Assembly: GCA_045645175.1 (NCBI GenBank)
Contig: JAZRIH010000007.1
Span: 1 to 32,315 of the forward strand
From: Eubacteriales bacterium
GTDB lineage: Bacteria > Bacillota > Clostridia > Oscillospirales > CAG-272
DNA length: 32,315 nucleotides
Reading direction: 5' to 3'
Shown here: in pieces, positions 1-10,600 of the stretch
Position numbering within the stretch: the stretch's first letter is position 1
How the letters are laid out: the number at the start of each line of letters is the position of its first letter
Position numbers and translations under genes: made by a program
The notes under the pieces: model-generated
Seen by the model: the letters and a program-made list of their open reading frames with translations, nothing else
Databases searched by the model: none
Told to the model about the DNA's origin: nothing

Positions 1-79
1 TGCTTTTGAATTTTACACTGCTTGAGTATACTCATTGCAGAACTCAAATGAAGTCGAATTTAATTCTAAGGAGTATGAA

Positions 80-1825
80 ATGGATATTTTCGCAGTATTT
101 ACACTATTAGGCGGTCTCGCCTTTTTCCTCTTTGGCATGAATGTCATGTCCACCGGTCTGGAACAGCTGGCAGGCGGTAAGCTGGAGCAGCTGCTTCGGA
201 AAATGACCTCTAACCGATTGAAGTCTTTGCTCTTGGGCGTAGGCATTACCGCCGTGATCCAGTCCTCGTCTGCCGTGACCGTTATGCTGGTAGGCTTGGT
301 GAACTCCGGCATCATGCAGCTGGGTCAGTCCATCGGCGTGATCATGGGCTCCAACATCGGTACCACCGTCACCGCATGGTTGCTTTCTCTCACCGGTATT
401 GAGGGTGATGCATTCTGGATCAAGATGCTCAAGCCTTCTTCCTTTGCTCCTCTCCTGGCGCTGTTGGGCATCGGACTTATGATGATGGGAAAGAGCAACA
501 AGAAGAAGTCTATCGGCTCGATCCTGCTGGGCTTTGCAGTCCTGATGAACGGCATGGAACTCATGAGCGATTCGGTTGAGCCTCTCAAGGACAGCCCCGA
601 GTTTGCAAGCGTTCTGACGCTGTTCACCAATCCTCTTGTCGGCGTGCTGGTCGGTGCAGTATTCACCGCCATCATCCAGTCTTCTTCTGCATCGGTGGGT
701 ATCCTGCAGGCATTGACCACTACCGGCAATATCACCTTCGGTAATGCCATCCCCATCATCATGGGTCAGAATATCGGTACCTGTGTGACCGCATTGATCT
801 CCTCCGTGGGCGTTAATCGCAATGCGAAGCGCGTCAGCATCGTTCACATTTCCTTCAACCTCATTGGTACGCTGGTATGGCTCTCCGTATTCTACCTCGT
901 ACACGCATTTGTCAACTTCTCCTTCATTAACCAATCCATCGATGCGGCATGGATCGCCATTATTCACTCGATCTTCAACGTACTGACCACGCTTGTGCTG
1001 CTCCCCTTCACCAAGCTGCTGGAAAAGCTGGCGTATCTCATCATCAAAGAGAAGGGCAAGAAGGCAGAAACTGCCAGCTTCCTGGACGAACGTCTTCTCT
1101 CTACTCCCTCGGTTGCTGTATCCGAGTGCAATGCCAAGACAGTTGAGATGAGCCACGTAGCCTTTGCAACCTTGGAACACTCTTTTGCGATTCGAGGCAA
1201 TTATACAGAAGATGGCGTTGGAAAGATCCTTGCAGGCGAAGATGAGCTGGATCTCTACGAGGATAAGCTGGGTACCTTCTTGGTGAAGATCTCTGCAAAG
1301 GAGCTTTCCGATGCAGACAGCCGTCAGGTGTCCCGTATGCTCCACTCCATCGGCAACTTCGAGCGTCTGGGCGACCATGCAGTAAATCTGGTTAAGGTTG
1401 CGCAGGAAATGCACGAAAAGAAGATCTCCTTCTCCGATGAGGCAACCCGTGAGATCGCCGTATTGCAATCTGCCATTGATGAGATCATCATCCGAACCAA
1501 GGAAGCATTCGTCCAAAACGACTCCGCAAAGGCGGCTATGGTTGAGCCTCTGGAGCAGGTTATCGACCACCTGATTGCAGATATCAAGAACCGTCACATT
1601 GCCCGTCTGAAGAACGGCTACTGCACCATCGAGCTGGGCTTCGTTCTGTCTGATCTGCTCACCAACTACGAGCGCATCTCCGACCACTGCTCCAACATCG
1701 CAGTTGCGGTTATTGAGGCAGAGCAGGACAGCTTCGATGCACACCGCTATCTGTCGGGCGTCAAGGAAAACGATGCAGACTTCGCAAACGAATATGCCCG
1801 TTGCCTTGCAACCTACAAACTGTAA
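80..1825 (+). CDS. Na+/phosphate cotransporter family protein with C-terminal PhoU-like helical domains
   Basis: Two QSSS repeats (TAVIQSSSA, TAIIQSSSA), GSNIGTT/GQNIGTC motifs, hydrophobic N-half, ERLGDH/ERISDH C-terminal motifs; ATG at 80 follows AAGGAG. Confidence 0.92.
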   Translation: MDIFAVFTLLGGLAFFLFGMNVMSTGLEQLAGGKLEQLLRKMTSNRLKSLLLGVGITAVIQSSSAVTVMLVGLVNSGIMQLGQSIGVIMGSNIGTTVTAWLLSLTGIEGDAFWIKMLKPSSFAPLLALLGIGLMMMGKSNKKKSIGSILLGFAVLMNGMELMSDSVEPLKDSPEFASVLTLFTNPLVGVLVGAVFTAIIQSSSASVGILQALTTTGNITFGNAIPIIMGQNIGTCVTALISSVGVNRNAKRVSIVHISFNLIGTLVWLSVFYLVHAFVNFSFINQSIDAAWIAIIHSIFNVLTTLVLLPFTKLLEKLAYLIIKEKGKKAETASFLDERLLSTPSVAVSECNAKTVEMSHVAFATLEHSFAIRGNYTEDGVGKILAGEDELDLYEDKLGTFLVKISAKELSDADSRQVSRMLHSIGNFERLGDHAVNLVKVAQEMHEKKISFSDEATREIAVLQSAIDEIIIRTKEAFVQNDSAKAAMVEPLEQVIDHLIADIKNRHIARLKNGYCTIELGFVLSDLLTNYERISDHCSNIAVAVIEAEQDSFDAHRYLSGVKENDADFANEYARCLATYKL

Positions 1826-1837
1826 TACAACGAAAGC

Positions 1838-1868
1838 AAACTCCCGTCACATTGTGACGGGAGTTTTT
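1838..1868. terminator. Bidirectional intrinsic terminator
   Basis: aaactcccgtcac-att-gtgacgggagttt hairpin between convergent genes. Confidence 0.85.
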
Positions 1869-1882
1869 GTTATTGCATTGGA

Positions 1883-2821
1883 TCACGCCTTGCAGAGCGC
1901 CTTCATCTCGTCGTCGGTGAGGGTCAGCTCAACGCCGCGGAGATTGTCCATGAAATGCTCGGCGCTGGAGGAGCCGAACAGCGGGATCACACGGGGGAAT
2001 CCCTCACAGCGGTGGAGATTGACCATCCATGCTACCGCAAGGGTGCTGGCGGAGACGCCCTTTTGGGCAGCCATCTCTTTCAAAAAGGCAAGACGATCCC
2101 CTGCGATGAGATCGCCGGGCAGACGATCGGCTACCTCGTAACCGCCCTTGGCAAGGGAAGAGTAGGCAACCAGAGGAATGTCCTTGGCAGTCAGATAGCG
2201 CAGACACTCGCGGGTCACCGCTTCATTGAAGATGTAATCGGGTGCGATGTCAGCACGGGGATGGAGATAGGTGAATTTCTGCTGTAAAACGGTGTAGGGT
2301 GTTTCGCCCTTGGCAGTTGCGATGGAGTTTGCCTCAGCAAAGCGCCAGGTGTCGTAGTTACTGCCGCCTAGGGTGCGTACCTTGCCCTTTTTCACCAGAT
2401 TGTGGAAGGCTTCCATGGTTTCTTCCAAGGGAGTGGTGGGATCATCGGTGTGGGCGTAGTAGAGGTCGATGTAATCGGTGCCCAGCTTGCGCAGGCTTTC
2501 GTCGATCCAGTATTCGATCTGCTCCTTTTTCAGGCCCTGACCCTTTCCGTGACGGGCAAAGCCTACCTTGGTGGCGATCACCAAACGATCTCTGCCTCCG
2601 CGCTCCTTCAGCCACTCGCCGAGGAGAGTTTCACTCTCGTCGCCGGTGCCCTGCCAATGGGCATAGTTGTTGGAGGTGTCGATAAAATTACCGCCGAAGT
2701 CGATGTAGGCGTCCAAAACCTTGTAGGCGTCCTCTTTGGAGGTGGTGGTACCGAAATTCATTGCGCCCAGTGCGGTGGGAGCAACTTCAAGTCCGTTTGG
2801 AAGTTTGATCTTGTTCATCAT
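1883..2821 (-). CDS. Aldo/keto reductase
   Basis: LGAMNFG, GGNFIDTSNNY, IATKVG, SLRKLGTDYIDLYYAH motifs. Confidence 0.93.
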   Translation of the reverse strand: MMNKIKLPNGLEVAPTALGAMNFGTTTSKEDAYKVLDAYIDFGGNFIDTSNNYAHWQGTGDESETLLGEWLKERGGRDRLVIATKVGFARHGKGQGLKKEQIEYWIDESLRKLGTDYIDLYYAHTDDPTTPLEETMEAFHNLVKKGKVRTLGGSNYDTWRFAEANSIATAKGETPYTVLQQKFTYLHPRADIAPDYIFNEAVTRECLRYLTAKDIPLVAYSSLAKGGYEVADRLPGDLIAGDRLAFLKEMAAQKGVSASTLAVAWMVNLHRCEGFPRVIPLFGSSSAEHFMDNLRGVELTLTDDEMKALCKA

Positions 2822-2856
2822 GGTTCACCTTTCTGATTAGTTGTAGGATTTCTTTT

Positions 2857-2885
2857 ATTATAGCAAATTTTCCCGAAAAACACAA
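2857..2885 (-). promoter_or_regulatory. Sigma-A-type promoter for the aldo/keto reductase
   Basis: Minus strand TTGTGT-17 nt-TATAAT with TGn extension. Confidence 0.6.
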
Positions 2886-2909
2886 TGGGATTTGCGAATT
2901 TCGAAAAAA

Positions 2910-2936
2910 GAAAACCAACGCATTGCGTTGGTTTTC
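2910..2936 (-). terminator. Intrinsic terminator after the sensor kinase
   Basis: gaaaaccaacgca-t-tgcgttggttttc hairpin next to the stop codon, T-run on minus strand. Confidence 0.75.
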
Positions 2937-2939
2937 AGG

Positions 2940-4610
2940 TTACCCCTCCCAAGCAGGGAAGAGGATGGAGATGACAGTGCCTTGCCCCAGCGTGCTGTCC
3001 AGGGTAACGGTGGCACCATGGAATGCCGCACCGTGTTTGACAATGGAAAGTCCCAAGCCGGTACCGCCGATTGCTTTGGAATGGCTCTTGTCCACTCGAT
3101 AGAATCGTTCAAATACCCGTGCGCGGTCAGCTTCGGGAATGCCGATGCCTGTGTCGCGGACGGTCAGACGCACCTTCGCGCCCTCTTTTTGCAGGGTGAT
3201 GTAAACAAAGCCCTTGTCTTTGTTGTATTTGATGGCGTTTTCGGTGAGATTGTAGATCATCTCTTCCAAAATTCGCGGCACACCGTAGACACGCAAAGCC
3301 GAAAGATGGCTTTCCAAGGTCACCATGCGCTTCTCGGCAAGGGGATGGAGACGCGTCACCACTTGACTTACAATCTCGGACAGCTCAACCGCTTCCTTGA
3401 CCTCGGGCAGACGGGCTTCATCCAGCTGGGAGAGCTTGATGATGTCATCAATCAGCCCCAGCAGACGTTGGGATTCGCTGTGAATCTTGCCGGCAAAGCC
3501 GCGGATATCGTCAGGACGGACGATGCCCAGAGTGATCATTTCGGCAAAGCCTGAAATGGAGGTGAGGGGGGTCTTCAATTCGTGGGATACGTTGGCGGAA
3601 AATTCACGGCGGAGGGTTTCTCTCTCCTCGCGCTCGGAAATGTCCAGAATCAAAAGTACCGCACCCACAATCTCGGTTTTGGCATACACGGGATTGGCGA
3701 TGATCTGATAGATCTTGCCGTCGTGGAGCATTCGCTCCTCGCAATGCTTGCCATCAAGACTCTCCCGAATGGCATTGCCAAAGCCCTTGTTTTGGGTGAG
3801 CGTTTGGACGCTGACGCGCGCATCTCCGGGAATCGCATCTAACAGACGCATGGCAGAGGTGTTGTAGGAAAGGAGTTCGCCATGGCGGTCAATGACCAAC
3901 AGTCCCTCGCTCATGTTTTCGGTGATGGCGGAAAACTCTTCCTGTCTGCGGTGAAGCTCCTCCACCTGCTCGCGAATCTGCTGATTTTGCTTCTCCAATT
4001 TCTGGAGGAGGGGGGACAGCTCGCTATAGGTGTTCACCTTTTGGGGATTGGCCAGATCCAGTTTGTTTAAAGGTCCTGTGATCCGTCTGGAAATGCCATA
4101 GGCAAGGAGCAGAGAAACGGGAATGGCAATGAGAATGGTAATGGAAATGGGTTGCAGAAGGGGAATCAGCAAGGACAGCAGGGAATCGCGGGTGTCGGAC
4201 AGGCGGAGCACCGATCCGTCGGACAGACGCAGGGCATAGTTGAGGGTTTCGGTGGTAAGGGTGTCCGAATATCGGGTAGCAAGTCCTTCCCCGGTGCTCA
4301 ATGCCTCCCCGATCTCCTCGCGGTCGGTATGATTGCTCAGCGTTTGAGGATCCACATGGCTGTCAAAAAGCACATTGCCGGCGGGATCCACCCAAGTGAT
4401 GCGGGCGCGGTGGGTGGATTTGTCCAAGGAACGGAGATAATCCATGCCGCCCTTTTCCACACCGCGGGCGATGTAATAAGCTTCCTCTTTCAGTTGACTC
4501 TCATACTGACGGTCAAACGTGCTGTAAAGCATTCCGATGGTCAGAGGCAGGCAGGCAATCAGCACGCCCAGCGCAACTAAAAAAATGGATTTGAAAATTC
4601 GTTTGGTCAT
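2940..4610 (-). CDS. phoR: PhoR-like sensor histidine kinase (2 TM, PAS, HisKA, HATPase)
   Basis: EFSANVSHELKTPLTSI H-box, NLTENAIKYN, DTGIGI, FERFYRVDKSHS, GGTGLGLSIVKH. Confidence 0.85.
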   Translation of the reverse strand: MTKRIFKSIFLVALGVLIACLPLTIGMLYSTFDRQYESQLKEEAYYIARGVEKGGMDYLRSLDKSTHRARITWVDPAGNVLFDSHVDPQTLSNHTDREEIGEALSTGEGLATRYSDTLTTETLNYALRLSDGSVLRLSDTRDSLLSLLIPLLQPISITILIAIPVSLLLAYGISRRITGPLNKLDLANPQKVNTYSELSPLLQKLEKQNQQIREQVEELHRRQEEFSAITENMSEGLLVIDRHGELLSYNTSAMRLLDAIPGDARVSVQTLTQNKGFGNAIRESLDGKHCEERMLHDGKIYQIIANPVYAKTEIVGAVLLILDISEREERETLRREFSANVSHELKTPLTSISGFAEMITLGIVRPDDIRGFAGKIHSESQRLLGLIDDIIKLSQLDEARLPEVKEAVELSEIVSQVVTRLHPLAEKRMVTLESHLSALRVYGVPRILEEMIYNLTENAIKYNKDKGFVYITLQKEGAKVRLTVRDTGIGIPEADRARVFERFYRVDKSHSKAIGGTGLGLSIVKHGAAFHGATVTLDSTLGQGTVISILFPAWEG

Positions 4611-4621
4611 GCCGCGCTCCC

Positions 4622-5305
4622 TCAGCTGTTTGTGCTGAGTCGGTAGCCTACGCCGCGGACGGTTTCCACCAGCTCGCCGCAGTCACCCAGTTTAGTGCGC
4701 AGCGTACGGATGTGTACGTCTACCGTACGGCTTTCGCCGTCGAAGGAGTAGCCCCAAATGCGGTCCAGCAGTTGATCGCGGGTGAACACAATGCCCGGAT
4801 GCTCCAAAAAGAGGATGAGGAGCTGGTATTCCTTGTTGGTCAGGGCAATCTCAACCCCATCTACCGTTACCGAGTGACGGGCGGTATCCACCGAAAGGGC
4901 ACCGTGGGTGTAGGAAGCGGGATTCTTATCGGCAACTTTTCGATCGGAGCGTCGGAGGAGGGCGCGGATCCGGGCAAGCAACTCCATAATGCCGAAGGGC
5001 TTGGCCAGATAATCGTCGGCACCGCTGTCCAGTCCCACTACTTTGTCGTACTCACTGCTCTTGGCGGTGAGGACCAAAATAGGCAGGTCGGCGGTTGCAG
5101 TGTTGCTGCGCAGTTTACCGAGAATGGTCAGCCCGTCCTCCTCGGGGAGCATGATATCCAGCAGTAAGAGATCGGGGGTCTCTTGCTCCATCGCCTTCCA
5201 GAAGGGGGTGGGGTGGTCAAAGCCGCGGGCTTCCATGCCATAGCTTTGCAGCGTATAGATGATCATCTCGCGGATGGCGGCATCATCTTCTAAACAATAG
5301 ATCAT
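4622..5305 (-). CDS. OmpR/PhoB-family response regulator
   Basis: LEDD, LLLDIMLP, GADDYLAKPF, winged-helix SRTVDVHIRTLR and ETVRGVGY; ATG at 5305 after AAGGAG. Confidence 0.92.
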   Translation of the reverse strand: MIYCLEDDAAIREMIIYTLQSYGMEARGFDHPTPFWKAMEQETPDLLLLDIMLPEEDGLTILGKLRSNTATADLPILVLTAKSSEYDKVVGLDSGADDYLAKPFGIMELLARIRALLRRSDRKVADKNPASYTHGALSVDTARHSVTVDGVEIALTNKEYQLLILFLEHPGIVFTRDQLLDRIWGYSFDGESRTVDVHIRTLRTKLGDCGELVETVRGVGYRLSTNS

Positions 5306-5352
5306 TGAACATTCTCCTTGATTGGTTATCAAGTGACAGTATATTCCTTTTA

Positions 5353-5393
5353 GGTTAAATATACAATCGGAACTTTGTTAAATCGGCGTAAAA
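5353..5393 (-). promoter_or_regulatory. Possible Pho-box-like direct repeats upstream of the response regulator
   Basis: Minus strand TTTTACG and TTTAACA 11 nt apart, third TTTAACC 23 nt further on. Confidence 0.4.
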
Positions 5394-5601
5394 TAGAGGG
5401 TTCTCCTTCTATTGTATCGCATTTTGGTGAAAAAGGCAATAGGATGCAGGAAATTTGTCCGATTTTCCTACGGCGTGTTCATTGCTCGTTCATAGAATGT
5501 TTACAAATAGTATAAAATATCGCCATGAAAATGTAGTATCATAAATTGATAGATGATTTCAAAATACAGATTTGTGAAAATACAAGAATTGAGGTACAGC
5601 T

Positions 5602-6312
5602 ATGAGTATTCAGGCAAATGCCGGCAAGCAGTCCATTATTCAGGTAGACGGTGTATCCTATCGCCGACTGCCCATCAAAACCCACGTGGTGACCAATACT
5701 GACAATATTTGCGATGTAGCAGAGAAGTACGCCAAGGAGCATCTGCAGGAAGGCGATATCCTGTTCATGTCCGAGAAGATGGTTTCCTGCACTCAGGGCA
5801 GAGCTATCCCCATGGATGAGATCAAGCCCCGCAGACTGGCAAAGTTCCTTTGCAAATTCGTTCTCAAAACCAAGCACGGCATCGGTTTGGGCATCCCCGA
5901 GACCATGGAAATGGCGCTCCGTGAGTGCGGTACCATCCGTATCCTGTTCGCTGCCGCGATCAGCGCAGTAGGCAAACTCTTCCGCCGCCGCGGCTGGTTC
6001 TACAAGATCGCCGGTCCCAAGGCTTCTTCTATTGACGGACCTACTCCCAACACCCTCCCTCCCTACAACCGTTACGTTGTGCTGGGACCTGCTGATCCCG
6101 ACGCAGTTGCCAAGGATGTGGCTGAGCGCATTGGCACCTACGCCATCGTGGTAGACATCAACGATCTGGGCGGCAACATTCTGGGCGCATCTCACAAGGA
6201 GCTGGATCGCGACCGGTTGGTTCGCATTCTGGCGGACAACCCTCTGGGTCAGAGCGGTGAGCAGACCCCCATGGGCATCACCCGCGTTGCCGAGGAAGGC
6301 GCAACCGAATAA
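5602..6312 (+). CDS. Coenzyme F420-0:L-glutamate ligase (CofE)-like family protein
   Basis: PIKTHVV, GDILFMSEKMVSCTQGR, IDG, VDINDLGG, DNPLGQSGEQTP motifs; GAGGT RBS. Confidence 0.8.
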   Translation: MSIQANAGKQSIIQVDGVSYRRLPIKTHVVTNTDNICDVAEKYAKEHLQEGDILFMSEKMVSCTQGRAIPMDEIKPRRLAKFLCKFVLKTKHGIGLGIPETMEMALRECGTIRILFAAAISAVGKLFRRRGWFYKIAGPKASSIDGPTPNTLPPYNRYVVLGPADPDAVAKDVAERIGTYAIVVDINDLGGNILGASHKELDRDRLVRILADNPLGQSGEQTPMGITRVAEEGATE

Positions 6313-6317
6313 AAAAC

Positions 6318-6348
6318 AAATCCGTTTCGTGTATACGAAACGGATTTT
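6318..6348. terminator. Bidirectional intrinsic terminator
   Basis: aaatccgtttcgt-gtat-acgaaacggattt between convergent genes. Confidence 0.85.
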
Positions 6349-6361
6349 TGTTTGTGGGGAG

Positions 6362-7246
6362 TTATTCGGGGATGTGATAATATTCCTTCACGCATTCACG
6401 GAAAGCGGTGTCGTCGGCGTAGAAGGTGGCACGGCGATAGTCGATTTGGATATAGCCATAGTGTTCATACCAGTAAATATTCACATGAGGTCCAAACGGT
6501 TTGTGGGAATCGGAATAAAAACCCATGGAGAGGGCTTCCCCGTGACCGTGATCAACATTTTCCGGGATGGGAGGTCTCTCGGTGGAATCTGCTTGAATAG
6601 AGGGCATGATCTTTTTCCATTCCTCAACGGGAATTTCGTCCATCACATAATCGCCGTGATAGCTTCCTTTGAAATCGATGAGCTCAGACTCGCGCAGGAC
6701 TTTATTGACTTCATCCTTCAACATGGGAATCGTAGGCAGAGCGAAGAGCTGAATGATGGCAGAGGCGATCAGGATCAGGCAAACAGAATAGCAAACGATG
6801 TTGCTCCATCGCTTGAGCCTTATGCGTAAAAGCTCATTGATGCCCACTACTGCCGCTTGGAGGAAAATGCTTTTTCCAATGTGCAGACCGTAGAAGTAGC
6901 CCATGATCACCAAACCCAGCCAACCGCCGAAGAGCAGTCCGTACAGCATGAGCCCCAGCGCTAACAGTGCCTGCGGGATCAGTGCGCCCAGCCAATGGGT
7001 AAAGTTTTTGGACAGCGCAATAAAGAGGATCGCTTCCAAGGTGTACACCAACAGCCTTGTAATGCTCAAAGAGTGCGTATGAATGGTGGGGGTGCGCAGA
7101 ATAAACAGTTGATCGATCAGATCGCGCAACGGCTCATAGAGCAGAGGGATGAATAATCCCGCAAGGATCATGAGCAGGATGCGAAGCCAATCGAGCAGGG
7201 ACAAGTCCCGGTAAGGGAAGGGCATATGAAGCTGTTTTTCTTTCAT
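6362..7246 (-). CDS. Hypothetical membrane protein (about 5 TM segments plus soluble C-terminal domain)
   Basis: Long ORF, ATG at 7246 preceded by AAGGAGG, hydrophobic N-terminal two thirds. Confidence 0.7.
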   Translation of the reverse strand: MKEKQLHMPFPYRDLSLLDWLRILLMILAGLFIPLLYEPLRDLIDQLFILRTPTIHTHSLSITRLLVYTLEAILFIALSKNFTHWLGALIPQALLALGLMLYGLLFGGWLGLVIMGYFYGLHIGKSIFLQAAVVGINELLRIRLKRWSNIVCYSVCLILIASAIIQLFALPTIPMLKDEVNKVLRESELIDFKGSYHGDYVMDEIPVEEWKKIMPSIQADSTERPPIPENVDHGHGEALSMGFYSDSHKPFGPHVNIYWYEHYGYIQIDYRRATFYADDTAFRECVKEYYHIPE

Positions 7247-7430
7247 AGTGAACCTCCTTGGGGCGCGTTTGATATAGTCGGGTAGGTTGTTGAGTACAGT
7301 ATAACATGTCAATATGAACTGCATTGTAAGAAAGTGGAAATATTTTGTAAACGCGAGGGAGTATTGTGTTTTCGGGACTTATGCCGTTTGCAGAACCACT
7401 CAAAATAAAAACAGGTCGGCAAGTATTTGC

Positions 7431-7500
7431 AGGCTCCCCCTCTCCGTCACGGTAAGCCGCGACACCTCCCCCCGAAGGGGGAGGCAGGGTTGAGGGAGAA
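7431..7500. repeat. GC-rich double-hairpin REP-like element (family C, single copy here)
   Basis: gtcacgg-taag-ccgcgac followed by cctccccc-cgaa-gggggagg. Confidence 0.45.
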
Positions 7501-7514
7501 TTGCCGAAAAAAAG

Positions 7515-7613
7515 AGCAGGGCAAGAATTTGCCCTGCTTTAATAAAGTTTTTGGAGTTCCAAGAACCTTTTTGAAAAAAGGTTCTTGGCGGGGTGCGGGG
7601 CGGAGCCCTGCAT
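7515..7613 (-). repeat. Repeat family B copy 1 (three hairpins)
   Basis: Reverse complement aligns with 22148-22245. Confidence 0.8.
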
Positions 7614-7616
7614 AGA

Positions 7617-9443
<1,827 letters not shown>

Positions 9444-9546
9444 ATTTTTTCTCCTGTATTTTGATATTTTTGTTTGTAATTTGGATTTAGGATAATTACA
9501 TAGATTGAGTTGGTCAATTAGTAAACATTCCCTTTTAGATGCACAT

Positions 9547-9691
9547 AGCCAAGGAAAAGGGTGGGAGGTTTGGAGGGCGGGGATGGAGTTGTGCCATGCG
9601 CAACTCCGCGCAGTTGGCAAAGCCAACTGCTGAAAACATTCGGCGTTTGATGATGGTAGCAGTTGCAAAGCAACTGCCTCCCTCCAAGTCT
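9547..9691 (+). repeat. Repeat family A copy 1 (divergent, multi-hairpin variant)
   Basis: AGCCAAGGAAAAGGGTGGG 5' motif and AAAACATTCGGCGTTTGATGATGG core shared with the other copies. Confidence 0.75.
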
Positions 9692-9737
9692 AACTCGGTG
9701 ATAGAAATCTTCACCTTATCAAATATTCAACCATATT

Positions 9738-9746
9738 ATTATACCA
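9738..9746 (-). promoter_or_regulatory. Extended -10 element, likely typA promoter
   Basis: Minus strand TGgTATAAT; -35 is weak. Confidence 0.5.
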
Positions 9747-9808
9747 CAAATCCCGTTTTCAGAAAAGAGTTTTTGCGAAAAAAATCTTAAAAGATTGCAC
9801 AAATCGCA

Positions 9809-9837
9809 TAGACATTTGGAAAGAATTATGCTATAAT
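9809..9837 (+). promoter_or_regulatory. Sigma-A-type promoter
   Basis: TAGACA-17 nt-TATAAT with TGn extension. Confidence 0.7.
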
Positions 9838-9885
9838 AATACAAAATCAGTGATTATGCCCATTTGGGCAGTTGGGAGGATGGCT

Positions 9886-10209
9886 TTGGCATTCTGGAAA
9901 CGTAAACCCAAGGAGGGCAGTCTTGCCTTTCGGATGCAAATGGCGGAGAAGATCTCGGGCAAGCATATCAAGTATGTCACCGAGCGAATTGATAACGAGG
10001 ACATTGTCATCGGCAGAGAAGGCGCACTGAATCTGCGCAACGGCGAGCTGTTGGTCTACGCCTCTGCGGACATCCTTTTCCGTACCCCCGTGGAGTGTCT
10101 CACCGCATCCGAGCTGATGAGTCTGGACGGAGTCATCATCAGCGGCCCCGATATGGCACACGGCGGCGTAGAGCGCACGGTGATTGCCTACTATCTCTAT
10201 TACCGTTAA
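9886..10209 (+). CDS. Small hypothetical protein
   Basis: ORF with coding-like codon use after a strong promoter; GGGAGG at 9874-9879 is best spaced for TTG 9886 (ATG 9880 is the alternative). Confidence 0.75.
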   Translation: MAFWKRKPKEGSLAFRMQMAEKISGKHIKYVTERIDNEDIVIGREGALNLRNGELLVYASADILFRTPVECLTASELMSLDGVIISGPDMAHGGVERTVIAYYLYYR

Positions 10210-10253
10210 ATTGTGAAATTTTTCGGATGATTCAATAAAAATTGATTATCCTA

Positions 10254-10282
10254 TTGAAAAATAAAAATGAATGTAGTATAAT
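10254..10282 (+). promoter_or_regulatory. Sigma-A-type promoter for ireB-ribF-dac
   Basis: TTGAAA-17 nt-TATAAT. Confidence 0.7.
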
Positions 10283-10341
10283 AAAGTGGAAGGCTGTCCT
10301 TAGGGACAACCACTTGTCGCTATCAAAGGAGGAATTTGAAC

Positions 10342-10590
10342 ATGGCTGATCAGCGCACCATTACCTTCTCTCTGCCCGATGAACGGGAGATGGAAATCCG
10401 TACCACCTTGCAGGAGGTTTATAACGCTCTGAAGGAGAAGGGATATAATCCCATCAATCAGATCGTCGGCTATATTCTGTCCGAGGATCCCACCTATATT
10501 ACCAACTATAAGAATGCGCGCAGTCTGATCCGCAAGATCGACCGCGACGAGCTTCTGAACCTGATGGTCAGAAACTATCTGAAGCTGTAA
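10342..10590 (+). CDS. ireB: IreB/ReoM family regulatory phosphoprotein (DUF965)
   Basis: [29 protein letters not shown]...[14 protein letters not shown] signature; AGGAGG RBS. Confidence 0.93.
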   Translation: MADQRTITFSLPDEREMEIRTTLQEVYNALKEKGYNPINQIVGYILSEDPTYITNYKNARSLIRKIDRDELLNLMVRNYLKL

Positions 10591-10600
10591 TCTGTTTCGA

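Noticed and set aside
1-35. Pho box upstream of the Na/Pi transporter
   Set aside because: Only one TTTACA half-site visible; window edge prevents assessment
9631-9658. Hammerhead ribozyme suggested by TGATGA and GAAA between hairpins
   Set aside because: Reads TTGATGA rather than CTGATGA, stem arrangement does not fit, and other copies have TGAGA
9444-9668. N-terminal extensions of typA (also metG 28905-29087, lipoprotein 27032-27568, PLC 17715-17936)
   Set aside because: Run through repeats, leaders or neighbouring genes; true starts have RBS and match family N-termini
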